Translations under genes and position numbers: made by a program
Shown here: positions 46,151 to 54,914 of the stretch, piece after piece
Position numbering within the stretch: position 1 is the first letter of the stretch
Layout of the letters: every line of letters starts with the position of its first letter
Notes under the pieces: model-generated
Databases searched by the model: none
Seen by the model: only the letters and a program-made list of their open reading frames with translations
Told to the model about the DNA's origin: nothing
DNA from: an uncultured bacterium
GTDB taxonomy: Bacteria > Bacillota_I > Bacilli_A > RF39 > UBA660
DNA length: 56,260 bases
NCBI GenBank assembly: GCA_959020415.1
Contig: CAUERX010000005.1
Span: forward strand, 1 to 56,260
Reading direction: 5' to 3'

Positions 46151-47198
46151 TTACAAGCTTTTAAATGTTGGACTTTTTATATTAATTATTTATTTGATTT
46201 ATCAAACGCGAAGCTTTTGGCTTGGGGTAGTAAGTATTTTATCAGAAATCTTACTACCTTTTTTAATCGCGTTTATTATTGCTTATGCACTTTATCCATT
46301 GGTATCTTTTTTGACTAATCATAAGATTCCCAAAGCTTTAGCAATTTTTATTGTTTTGGTATTTTTTACTTTAATGTTCGGATTTTTAATTTATTTAATT
46401 GCCCCGGTGTTTATGGAGCAGATAGGAAGTATTTTTAATGGCATTATTTCGTTTTTTAAAGAGATGAGTTTAAAATATAATGTTGAATTTAGTACGGTTC
46501 AGGATCAATTATCGACAACATTTAATGATACTTTGGAAAAATTGGGAACGTATATTTCGAATGGAGCTATTAATATTATTGGTGTTTCAATAAGTATTAT
46601 TTCTAAATTATTTATTATAATTGCTGCAATGATTTACTTTTTGGCGGATATGGATAAAATTAAATTTTCAGTTAAAAAGTTTTTTCTTAGAAGAAATAAA
46701 AAATTATATTATTATCTGGCTTTAGTTGATACTGAGCTTGGTAATTATTTATCGGGTTTTATTAAGATTGTCTTTATATCGTTTTTCGAATATTCAATTT
46801 TATATTTTATAATAGGGCACCCTAATGCGTTATTGCTTGGAACTTTAGCTGGTGTCGGTAATTTGATTCCATATTTTGGTGGAATTATAACTAATATAAT
46901 TGCGGCAATTACGGCTTTTGTTATCAGTCCTGAATTGTTTTTAAAAACGTGTATTATATTTTTGATTTTTTCAGCAGTTGATGGTTACGTTATTAATCCT
47001 TGGGTTTATGGAAAAAGCAATAAAGTCCACCCGCTAGTAGTAATTATTTCCGTGTTTGCGGGCGGAATATTATTTGGAATTATGGGAATTATAGTATCAC
47101 TTCCTGTAGCTATTATTCTTTTAGCAACTTATAAGTTCTTTAAAGAAGACATTGAAAAGTTTAGTAGACGTAAATTTCATTTTAAATTGTATAAGTAA
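46131..47198 (+). CDS. AI-2E family transporter (PerM/UPF0118)
   Basis: Eight TM helices. The conserved ...GN.IPYFG... and ...VHPL.V motifs of the family are present. Confidence 0.8.
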   Translation: MVKNRPNYKLLNVGLFILIIYLIYQTRSFWLGVVSILSEILLPFLIAFIIAYALYPLVSFLTNHKIPKALAIFIVLVFFTLMFGFLIYLIAPVFMEQIGSIFNGIISFFKEMSLKYNVEFSTVQDQLSTTFNDTLEKLGTYISNGAINIIGVSISIISKLFIIIAAMIYFLADMDKIKFSVKKFFLRRNKKLYYYLALVDTELGNYLSGFIKIVFISFFEYSILYFIIGHPNALLLGTLAGVGNLIPYFGGIITNIIAAITAFVISPELFLKTCIIFLIFSAVDGYVINPWVYGKSNKVHPLVVIISVFAGGILFGIMGIIVSLPVAIILLATYKFFKEDIEKFSRRKFHFKLYK

Positions 47199-47246
47199 AT
47201 TGACTTTGCGGGATAATAGATGTTATAATTTAATTGTAAATGGTGG

Positions 47247-47729
47247 GTGATGGATATGGTATATTTTCCTGGAGATGCTTATTTGCCACTTCCCTTAATT
47301 TTGCAAAGGGATAATTTGCTTCTCAATAATAAAAAAGATGAAGCTGTTAGGAGTCATTTATATGAGAAATTAGAGGCTAATCAGAGAATTATTGATGGAA
47401 ATCCAGATTTACAGTTTTTAGAGCAATTTTATACAGAAAATATTGATGAAATTATCAGATGTAGACAAATGGCTTTAAGATGTTCTAGGTTTAAGCTATT
47501 AAGTGAATTATATAATTCAAAAGCTACTTTAGTTTCTACAATAAATGAGACTATTTATGAAGAATTTGAGAATAGTGGAGCTGTCCCTTCATGTGAAATA
47601 ATGCAAGAAATTCGAGAAGTGGAAAGTGTATGTAGTTTGGAAAGCTATCCTCCTAGTACTTTTGATGAATATAGAAATCATTATGCAGGAGTGATTACGA
47701 AAAAACTTTCCGGAACTAGTTTAGCTTAA
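47247..47729 (+). CDS. hypothetical cytoplasmic protein
   Basis: ORF with a GGTGGGTG RBS. The start could be 47250 or 47256. No motif recognised. Confidence 0.4.
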   Translation: MMDMVYFPGDAYLPLPLILQRDNLLLNNKKDEAVRSHLYEKLEANQRIIDGNPDLQFLEQFYTENIDEIIRCRQMALRCSRFKLLSELYNSKATLVSTINETIYEEFENSGAVPSCEIMQEIREVESVCSLESYPPSTFDEYRNHYAGVITKKLSGTSLA

Positions 47730-47753
47730 GAAATAATAAAGGAGATAATAATT

Positions 47754-47969
47754 ATGGATACAAAAAAGAAAATAATGATTGGTGTAGGTATTGGTGTAGG
47801 TATTGGTGTAGGAGTTGCAGCTTTGACAGCATTAGCGGCATATAAATTTATTAGAAGTCGTAAAGTTTATTTTGCTGAAGGTGACGATGATGATGTAGTT
47901 TATGTTTTATTAGATGATGAAACATATGATAATGGTAAAAAATATAAATTTTCAAAAAAGGCTATGTAA
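47754..47969 (+). CDS. small single-TM protein with (GIGV)n helix and acidic tail
   Basis: AAGGAG RBS. IMIGVGIGVGIGVGVAALTALAAY TM helix, then a DDDD-rich tail. Confidence 0.45.
   Translation: MDTKKKIMIGVGIGVGIGVGVAALTALAAYKFIRSRKVYFAEGDDDDVVYVLLDDETYDNGKKYKFSKKAM
47781..47813 (+). repeat. 12-nt tandem repeat GGTGTAGGTATT x2.75
   Basis: Direct reading. Encodes GVGI repeats. Confidence 0.9.
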
Positions 47970-48002
47970 AAATTTTGCGGCCTTTTTTCATAGGAGGTAA
48001 TT

Positions 48003-48557
48003 ATGAAGTATTTTGAAAAGGTAAAAGGTGACAGATTATATTTATCACCAATAAATATTGATGATGCGGAGATCTATACAAAGTGGTTGAATGATAAAGA
48101 AATTGCGGAAAATTTAAGTTCTTCTAGAATGATTAATTTAGAATCTGAAAGAGAGTGGATTAAGAAGAATCGAGATTATCATAAATTTGCGATAGTTTTA
48201 CGTGAGTCAGATAAGTTGATCGGAAATTGTGGGTTTGATAATATTGATCCAATAAATAGAACGGCAACACTCGGAATTTTTATTGGTGAGAAGGATGAGC
48301 AAAATAAAGGATACGGCCGTGAAGCTTTAAAATGTTTACTTAATTATGGATTTAATACTTTAAATTTGAATAATGTTATGTTAACAGTGTTTTCGTTTAA
48401 TGAAAGGGCTATTAAGACTTATAAAAAACTAGGTTTTAAAACTTTTGGTGTTAGAAGATCTAGTCAATATCACGATGGAAAGTTTTTTGATATTATTTAT
48501 ATGGATATGTTAAAAGATGAATTTAACGAAATTCAAGATTTTATTTTCATCCCATAA
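48003..48557 (+). CDS. GNAT family N-acetyltransferase (RimJ/RimL-like)
   Basis: L.P....D.......W..D.....L, the acetyl-CoA motif Q.KGYG.EAL, and N..A...Y.KLGF. Confidence 0.82.
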   Translation: MKYFEKVKGDRLYLSPINIDDAEIYTKWLNDKEIAENLSSSRMINLESEREWIKKNRDYHKFAIVLRESDKLIGNCGFDNIDPINRTATLGIFIGEKDEQNKGYGREALKCLLNYGFNTLNLNNVMLTVFSFNERAIKTYKKLGFKTFGVRRSSQYHDGKFFDIIYMDMLKDEFNEIQDFIFIP

Positions 48558-48677
48558 TTTCATAAGGTTTTCATTATTTTTGATATGAACTTGACAAAAA
48601 TGCATTTTGATGATAGGATATCTTCCTGTAAACAGAGGTTTTTATAATTGTCTAATTATTATAAGGGGGGAGAAAAT

Positions 48678-49868
48678 ATGAAGAAAATTTTAAAAAATGC
48701 AGGTAAAGTGTTTGGATGCATGTTAGTAATCGCACTTGCTTTTGTATTTACTTTAAGTAATGCTGACGCAGCGCCAAGTACAATAACTGTAAAAAGAACA
48801 CAAACTTTAGAGGATTTAGTAAATAATTATAAGTATGGATTTGTTATTTTTACAACTACTGATGGGACAACACTTTATTGTGTAGACCCAGATAAAAAAA
48901 TTTTGAGAACAAATCAAACAGCAACTTTTTCAAAAGATGGAGATGCTGGACTTTTATACATTTTACAAAATGGTTATCCTAATAAACAAATAACTGGTAA
49001 TGATGAAATTGATATGTATATTACACAAGCAGCAGTTTGGTGGTATATGGATGAAACCGGTCAAGCTGGAAAATTTTCAGACATTTTCAAAAATGCTACT
49101 TCAGAAACTGATTCATATGAATTAATTCCAAACTATATTAAACCAATGGTAGCTGAAGCTAAAGCTGCTAAAGATACGCAAACTAAGCCTAGTATGAAAG
49201 TGTCTACTAATGGAACAACACTGAAATTAACTAGTGATGGTAAATATTATGAGTCAGCTTATATGTCTGCAACTTTAGTTGGAACCAAAACATATAATGT
49301 TGAAGTTACTGGTGCTACTAAAAATACAGTAGTAGTGGATGAAAAAGGTAATATTGGAACAACATTTAATTCTTCAGAAAGATTTAAAGTTAAGGTTCCG
49401 GCTGCTGAAGTAACAAAAAAATTAGATATTGATGTTAAATTTTCAGCAAGTGGTACTATTAAAAAAGCAAAAATTTATAAACCAAGTGATAATACTTATC
49501 AAAGGGTAACAGGTTTATATGATGAGGCTGTGCCTTTAACAAAAACTGTAAGTTTAAGTGTTAGCCCAAAACAACGCGTATGTGAAGTTGTTGGTGATAA
49601 ATACTATGGTAAAGCTGGAAATGTAGTAGATAAAAAAACGTATAAGGAGGAATGTGAACCTGTACGTTCATGTGAATTTACTAATGACAAGTATTATGGT
49701 AAAGATGGTAATGAAGTAGATAAAGCAACATTTGATAAGGAATGTGGCGAAGAAGTTATTGTACCAAATACAAGTTCTAATGTTTCAACTTTAGGAATTG
49801 TTGGTGGAATGGTGTTATTAGTTTCAGGTGCTGGAGTAATTGCTTATCGTAGAAAACAATTGTTTTAA
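48678..49868 (+). CDS. thioester-domain (TED/TQXA) surface adhesin, paralog A
   Basis: Signal peptide ending NADA/AP. LYCVDP ... NGYP ... ITQAAVWWY are thioester Cys and TQxA(V)W motifs. Two Cys-bounded DKYYGK repeats. C-terminal VPNTSSN followed by a TM helix and RRK. Confidence 0.75.
   Translation: MKKILKNAGKVFGCMLVIALAFVFTLSNADAAPSTITVKRTQTLEDLVNNYKYGFVIFTTTDGTTLYCVDPDKKILRTNQTATFSKDGDAGLLYILQNGYPNKQITGNDEIDMYITQAAVWWYMDETGQAGKFSDIFKNATSETDSYELIPNYIKPMVAEAKAAKDTQTKPSMKVSTNGTTLKLTSDGKYYESAYMSATLVGTKTYNVEVTGATKNTVVVDEKGNIGTTFNSSERFKVKVPAAEVTKKLDIDVKFSASGTIKKAKIYKPSDNTYQRVTGLYDEAVPLTKTVSLSVSPKQRVCEVVGDKYYGKAGNVVDKKTYKEECEPVRSCEFTNDKYYGKDGNEVDKATFDKECGEEVIVPNTSSNVSTLGIVGGMVLLVSGAGVIAYRRKQLF
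48774..49150 (+). repeat. 377-nt block 100% identical to 50083..50459 (copy 1)
   Basis: Base-by-base comparison of the two stretches. The offset is 1309 nt. The first mismatches are at 48773/50082 and 49151/50460. Confidence 0.9.
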
Positions 49869-49983
49869 TTAAAGGGTTATATTAATAACCTTTTTTTCTT
49901 TACATTTTTTTGATAATTATATTTGTTATTTTGTTAAAAAACTGTTATAATATATTTAGAATATGTATGATAGGAGAGAGATT

Positions 49984-51018
49984 ATGGGAAAATTATTAAA
50001 AAAAGTTAATTTTTTAGTACTTACGTTGATTGTAGCGTTTGTATTTATTGTTGGAATTAATGGTGTTGATGCTGCAGCAGCACCAAGTACAATAACTGTA
50101 AAAAGAACACAAACTTTAGAGGATTTAGTAAATAATTATAAGTATGGATTTGTTATTTTTACAACTACTGATGGGACAACACTTTATTGTGTAGACCCAG
50201 ATAAAAAAATTTTGAGAACAAATCAAACAGCAACTTTTTCAAAAGATGGAGATGCTGGACTTTTATACATTTTACAAAATGGTTATCCTAATAAACAAAT
50301 AACTGGTAATGATGAAATTGATATGTATATTACACAAGCAGCAGTTTGGTGGTATATGGATGAAACCGGTCAAGCTGGAAAATTTTCAGACATTTTCAAA
50401 AATGCTACTTCAGAAACTGATTCATATGAATTAATTCCAAACTATATTAAACCAATGGTCGCTAAAGCTAAAGCTGCTAAAGATACACAAACTAAACCGA
50501 CAATAAAGCTTAATACAGCTGGTAATACATTTAGTTTAACTGATGATGGTAAATATTATGAATCACCATATATGTCAGCAACTGTAACAGGATCTAAAAC
50601 ATATAATGTTGAAGTTACTGGTGCTACTAAAAATACAGTAGTAGTGAATGAAAAAGGCAATATTGGAACAACATTTAATTCTTCAGAAAGATTTAAAGTT
50701 AGGGTTCCAGCTGCTGAACTTACTGATACTGCTAAAATAACTGTTAAAACTAAAGCGTCTGGAGTAATTCAAAAAGCAAAAATTTATAAACCAAGTGATA
50801 CTACTTATCAAAGAGTAGCAGGATTATATGATGACACTGTTAATGTTGAAGATGCTACGTCACTTTCTATAACAGGTGGAGATACTCCGGAGGAAGTTGA
50901 GGTTCCTAATACAAGTGCAAACATTATTTTCTGGTCTGTAGGTGTTGGAATTTTAGCTATAGCTGCAGGAATTGGAATTATTTTATATACAAGCCGTAGA
51001 CATCAAAAACAGCATTAA
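49984..51018 (+). CDS. thioester-domain (TED/TQXA) surface adhesin, paralog B
   Basis: Same TED as paralog A, identical over 125 aa. C-terminal VPNTSAN followed by a TM helix and SRRHQK. Confidence 0.75.
   Translation: MGKLLKKVNFLVLTLIVAFVFIVGINGVDAAAAPSTITVKRTQTLEDLVNNYKYGFVIFTTTDGTTLYCVDPDKKILRTNQTATFSKDGDAGLLYILQNGYPNKQITGNDEIDMYITQAAVWWYMDETGQAGKFSDIFKNATSETDSYELIPNYIKPMVAKAKAAKDTQTKPTIKLNTAGNTFSLTDDGKYYESPYMSATVTGSKTYNVEVTGATKNTVVVNEKGNIGTTFNSSERFKVRVPAAELTDTAKITVKTKASGVIQKAKIYKPSDTTYQRVAGLYDDTVNVEDATSLSITGGDTPEEVEVPNTSANIIFWSVGVGILAIAAGIGIILYTSRRHQKQH
50083..50459 (+). repeat. 377-nt block 100% identical to 48774..49150 (copy 2)
   Basis: As for copy 1. Confidence 0.9.
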
Positions 51019-51159
51019 ACGAAAAAGGCCATTATAATTATTAGGCCTTTTTGCTTAAAATGTGTTTGTAAAATTAATGCAATAAATTGTGGCATTATTT
51101 GAAAAATAGTCTTCTTATAACAGCCTTTATTTATAAGGCCAAATAACTAGTGTTGTTAT

Positions 51160-51188
51160 TTGACAAAATTTAGGTTTTGTGGTATTAT
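51160..51188 (+). promoter_or_regulatory. extended -10 sigma-A-type promoter
   Basis: TTGACA, 17 nt spacer, TATTAT, preceded by TGg. Confidence 0.5.
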
Positions 51189-51260
51189 AACCGGCATATA
51201 AAGGGGGACTATTCTCAATAAAAATTTTGAGAAATTCCTTTTAAGGAGGAGAGATGAAAT

Positions 51261-52952
51261 ATGAATGAAAATATTATGAATTCACCATTTGAATATAAAA
51301 TAGGTGGCTTGAGATTGTTAAAGCGTAACTATTACGACAGAGTGGCTAAAATTACTAGTCGTGTAGTTACGAACGACTCTTATAGAAAATATAAGAACTT
51401 TATGGATAACAATCCAGCAGCACGTATGATTGTTGGAATGGCAAAACGTAAAGGGGTAATGTTAACAGTAGGTGGTATTATTGGTCTTGCTACAGGAGCT
51501 GGTTTTGCTTTAGCTCATGTTGATAGTGCATATGCTGCCGAAATTGATGGGGCTAGTATGGCACCTAATCCTGATGATGTTACAAATGCTAATACTTTAG
51601 AGGATGTAACAGTAACTAAAGTAGACGCTGCTGATGTTTCTAATGTGGTAGAAACTAATCAAAATGAAGTTCCAGAAGCGACTGAACCTGTAGTTGATGC
51701 GAAACCAGTCGTGGAGCCGACTGAACCAACAGTGGGAACTGAATTAAATACTGAAGATACAAATGAGAATACTCAAGGTTCAAATAGCGTTTCGGAACTG
51801 GGGGTAGATAATAAGACAACTGACGAGGAAGATAATAATTTATTAGTTGATGATCTTAAAGCCTATGATGATAAAACTAATGGTTGGCAAGATGCCGCAA
51901 CATTATCTGCAGATAATACTAATACTGTAGATGGTGTTGATGTTGATGGAAAAGTTGATGGTATCGAGGATGGGACACCTACTGATCAATCTAGCGATGA
52001 AAAAGATGATCAAAATGGAACCGTTGATAACGATGAAGATAAAAATATTATAGATATATCACAATTAGGTGATGAAAAAGGATTTGACGTTAAGGAGGGC
52101 GAAGAGGCTGAATGGGTTTATACGCCTCCTACTACTGAAGGTAATACTACTTCAATTGTAATTTATACACCTGATGGACAAGCTTATGTTGTTTCAACAC
52201 CTTATGCTGGTTTGAGTGAAACTAGTAAGGAACAATTATTTCAAGGTTTATTTGATGAAGGAAAAATTCCATATAATCCAAAAGATAGTTCTACTTGGCC
52301 AGCTGAGTGGATTGAAAATGGAATTACTCCACAAATCCAGTACATATTAGGTTTTAAAGATGGTGAGAATCATGTCGATACTATTGCAGGTGGATTTGAC
52401 GTATTTAGAGATGTTGACGGAAAATTAACTTTCAAAAGTGATGGTTCAACGGCTTTCCATGTTGTAAATACAGCTGAAGGCTTTGAACTTGATCAAAGTC
52501 AAAGACCTGATCCTGATACTATTCCTGATGATGAGGCTAACAAAGGGGATAAAACTCCTGAGCCAACGCCAGAACCAGAACCTGAACCAGAACCTGAACC
52601 AGAACCAGAACCTGAACCAGAACCTGAACCAGAACCTGAACCTGAACCTGAACCTGAACCTGAACCTGAACCTAAGTCTGAAAAAAATGGCACGTTGGCA
52701 CAAACAGGAGATTCTAATCCAATGCTTGTTGGTATTCTTGGAACTTTAGCTGCTGGTGGAGCGGTAGCAATACCTTATTCAATTCTAAAGAAAAGACAAG
52801 GACAGACTTCAAATCTTTACGATGGGGTGGCTTTTCAAACAGTTGATGGTATGAGTTTTATAAATAATCAAGAAGCTTGTTTAAATGATGCATCAGAATT
52901 TTTTAAACAGTATTCAGATCAGTCTAGCGCTAAAATTAGAACTAAAAGATAG
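51261..52952 (+). CDS. acidic surface protein with (EP)17 spacer and LAQTG sorting-like signal
   Basis: AAGGAGGAG RBS. A long N-terminal region precedes the hydrophobic segment ..[13 protein letters not shown]-rich ectodomain, then an EP repeat, then LAQTG followed by a TM helix and KKRQ, then a further ~50 aa. Confidence 0.65.
   Translation: MNENIMNSPFEYKIGGLRLLKRNYYDRVAKITSRVVTNDSYRKYKNFMDNNPAARMIVGMAKRKGVMLTVGGIIGLATGAGFALAHVDSAYAAEIDGASMAPNPDDVTNANTLEDVTVTKVDAADVSNVVETNQNEVPEATEPVVDAKPVVEPTEPTVGTELNTEDTNENTQGSNSVSELGVDNKTTDEEDNNLLVDDLKAYDDKTNGWQDAATLSADNTNTVDGVDVDGKVDGIEDGTPTDQSSDEKDDQNGTVDNDEDKNIIDISQLGDEKGFDVKEGEEAEWVYTPPTTEGNTTSIVIYTPDGQAYVVSTPYAGLSETSKEQLFQGLFDEGKIPYNPKDSSTWPAEWIENGITPQIQYILGFKDGENHVDTIAGGFDVFRDVDGKLTFKSDGSTAFHVVNTAEGFELDQSQRPDPDTIPDDEANKGDKTPEPTPEPEPEPEPEPEPEPEPEPEPEPEPEPEPEPEPEPKSEKNGTLAQTGDSNPMLVGILGTLAAGGAVAIPYSILKKRQGQTSNLYDGVAFQTVDGMSFINNQEACLNDASEFFKQYSDQSSAKIRTKR
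52572..52673 (+). repeat. 17 consecutive GAA-CC(A/T) hexamers encoding (EP)17
   Basis: Counted codon by codon in frame. Confidence 0.95.
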
Positions 52953-52957
52953 AAAGT

Positions 52958-53209
52958 ATGGTAATTATGGAGAATAAAAAAGAGGTAGTAAAGATAACAA
53001 AAGATGGAAAAGAAACATCTATTGAAATATTGAATTGTTTTGAACTTGGTAATGGCAAGACATATGTTTTATATAGTTATGATGGTGAAGAGGATGTTTA
53101 TGCGTCTTCGCTTGTTGAAACTAAGGATGAACTTATTTTAGATGATATAACCGATGAAGAAATCCAATTGATTATGGAAGTATTTAATGAAGATAAAGAA
53201 GAGGTGTAA
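52958..53209 (+). CDS. DUF1292 family protein
   Basis: The pattern ....DG.E...EIL..FE..NGK.Y.LY......EDVYAS..........L..I.D.EE....EVF matches DUF1292. The start could be 52967. Confidence 0.7.
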   Translation: MVIMENKKEVVKITKDGKETSIEILNCFELGNGKTYVLYSYDGEEDVYASSLVETKDELILDDITDEEIQLIMEVFNEDKEEV

Positions 53210-53212
53210 CTT

Positions 53213-54820
53213 ATGGCAGATGTGAATCAAAACCAAGGATTAAATGATGAACTTGATAAAAAGGCGATAGAATGTTCTAATAATGCATTGTTTTTAGCCA
53301 GCTTGCCATATGAGACAATAAATGATCTTTATGATGAACTTAGTAATTACAATTTAAAAATCACCAGCGAATTGAAAGAAATGACTAAAAAGTATGGTGT
53401 TACTAGTAGTATACCGTTGGTTGGTAAAGCAATAAGCTTTGTTAAACAAAAGAAATTATCAAAGATTTTAAAAAAAGCTCAAAAAGAGGGCAAACGTGTT
53501 AAACTTGAAGGCTCGAGGAAACTTGAACGTGATTTTGATAAAAAGATGGCACAAAAAAATCCTAATAATACAAAAGATACTGCTGTAACATTTGAAGAAA
53601 TTAAAGAAGCCGGTGTGAAAGTTATTGATTCTAGGGATGAGTATCTTGCGTTTAAGGAAGAAATAATAAAAAAAGCTGGAGAAATTTCATATGATGATTT
53701 GGTTAAACAAGCTGAATTATGGTCAACGTATTATACTAACAATTTAGAATATTTGCAAAAAAGGGAAGAAATTGCTAGAGGTAATTACGTACAATCTGTC
53801 GTTGAATGTTTGGGAAACGTTCCTAAGAAAAAGTTGCCTAATGGTGGTGTGTATTGTTTAATTGATAATGAACCTTTTACTATTAGACACAACCATAAAG
53901 CAGAAGATTTAACAGCTTTTTATAAAAAATATAAGGAAATTAAGTTAGCTAAGGTACCTACTGAAGAAATTCTTGTTCCAACTCAGCCAAAAAAAGATAA
54001 AACTTCGGAGCAATCTAAAACCTCTGATGTAGAACAACCAAAAATACCTGAATCAGAACCAATGCCTGATGTAGAAATTACTCCTAATATGCAAGCGTAT
54101 ATTGATTTAATGAAACTTAGTGGATGTTCAGATGAAGATGCTATTAGAATAGCTACTGATCCAGTTAATAAAGATAAATTTGAAAAGTTTGATCAAACGA
54201 GAGGTGTTACAGCTTATGAAGAAGCGGTTAAGTCAGGGAAAATACCTGATAATGCTATGTTAGGCCAATTCCAATTCCATGTAGCGCAAACTGAACAGAG
54301 AGACATTTATAATATGGATGTTCAGCCTATTTTTGATAATTGTAATAAAGCTATGGCACCAGATGGATTGGCAGATGAAGAAGCTAATAAAGGTGATAAG
54401 GCTTCAAGCGTGGATTCAGAGCTTGAACCGATTAATGATACTTCTAATGAAAACAACATGACTGAACTTGATGAGACATTTGCAGACTTTGAACCTGACG
54501 GGGCTGATTATGCGGTAGATAATAGTTCAGATCCAACACGTGTAATGACACCTGAAGAAAAGATGGCTCGTGATAATCTTAAAAATCTCCCAGGGAAAGA
54601 TTTGTCTGGTTTTGATGTTAGTGTTTATGATCAAAATCCATCTGCTTTTGAGCCAAACTCCGAGGATTTTAATACCCCGATAAAAAAGAATAGTCGTTTT
54701 CAGGCACTTTCTGAAGAGTTAAATTATTTGAATAATGTAAATCTAGCTATGAATCCAAAGGGAGATGAAATGGTTCCATCTAATTCGCCTATGGCAAATA
54801 ATGGAGGAAAGAGTAGATAA
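53213..54820 (+). CDS. hypothetical acidic 535-aa protein, no TM or signal peptide
   Basis: ORF starting 3 nt after the DUF1292 gene. No motif recognised. Confidence 0.5.
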   Translation: MADVNQNQGLNDELDKKAIECSNNALFLASLPYETINDLYDELSNYNLKITSELKEMTKKYGVTSSIPLVGKAISFVKQKKLSKILKKAQKEGKRVKLEGSRKLERDFDKKMAQKNPNNTKDTAVTFEEIKEAGVKVIDSRDEYLAFKEEIIKKAGEISYDDLVKQAELWSTYYTNNLEYLQKREEIARGNYVQSVVECLGNVPKKKLPNGGVYCLIDNEPFTIRHNHKAEDLTAFYKKYKEIKLAKVPTEEILVPTQPKKDKTSEQSKTSDVEQPKIPESEPMPDVEITPNMQAYIDLMKLSGCSDEDAIRIATDPVNKDKFEKFDQTRGVTAYEEAVKSGKIPDNAMLGQFQFHVAQTEQRDIYNMDVQPIFDNCNKAMAPDGLADEEANKGDKASSVDSELEPINDTSNENNMTELDETFADFEPDGADYAVDNSSDPTRVMTPEEKMARDNLKNLPGKDLSGFDVSVYDQNPSAFEPNSEDFNTPIKKNSRFQALSEELNYLNNVNLAMNPKGDEMVPSNSPMANNGGKSR

Positions 54821-54823
54821 TAA

Positions 54824-54849
54824 AAGTCAAGGTTTACTTGACTTTTTTA
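54824..54849 (+). terminator. Rho-independent terminator
   Basis: AAGTCAAG-gttta-CTTGACTT plus T-run. Confidence 0.75.
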
Positions 54850-54859
54850 ATGTCTTACA

Positions 54860-54888
54860 TTGACTTTTAAGATAAAAACACATATAAT
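54860..54888 (+). promoter_or_regulatory. sigma-A-type promoter for hisS-aspS
   Basis: TTGACT, 17 nt spacer, TATAAT. Confidence 0.55.
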
Positions 54889-54914
54889 TTTAAATAGACG
54901 TAAGGAGAGATAAA

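Noticed and set aside
48774-50459. Considered that the near-identical adhesin segments might be a diversity-generating retroelement template/variable repeat pair.
   Set aside because: The shared block is 100% identical, with no adenine-specific mismatches. Both copies are in-frame coding sequence, and no reverse transcriptase gene is nearby. Gene duplication or conversion explains the pattern.
52446-52749. Three extra ORFs (52446..52703 -, 52499..52693 -, 52483..52749 +) encoding FRF, GSG or NLNQ repeats.
   Set aside because: They are alternative-frame and antisense readings of the GAACCW hexamer repeat inside the 51261..52952 gene. None has an RBS, and each exists only because the repeat lacks stop codons.
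54821-54914. Expected a T-box leader upstream of hisS-aspS, as in Bacillus.
   Set aside because: The interval is only 94 nt and is filled by a terminator (54824-54849) and a promoter (54860-54888). That leaves a leader of about 25 nt, which has no room for a specifier or antiterminator structure.
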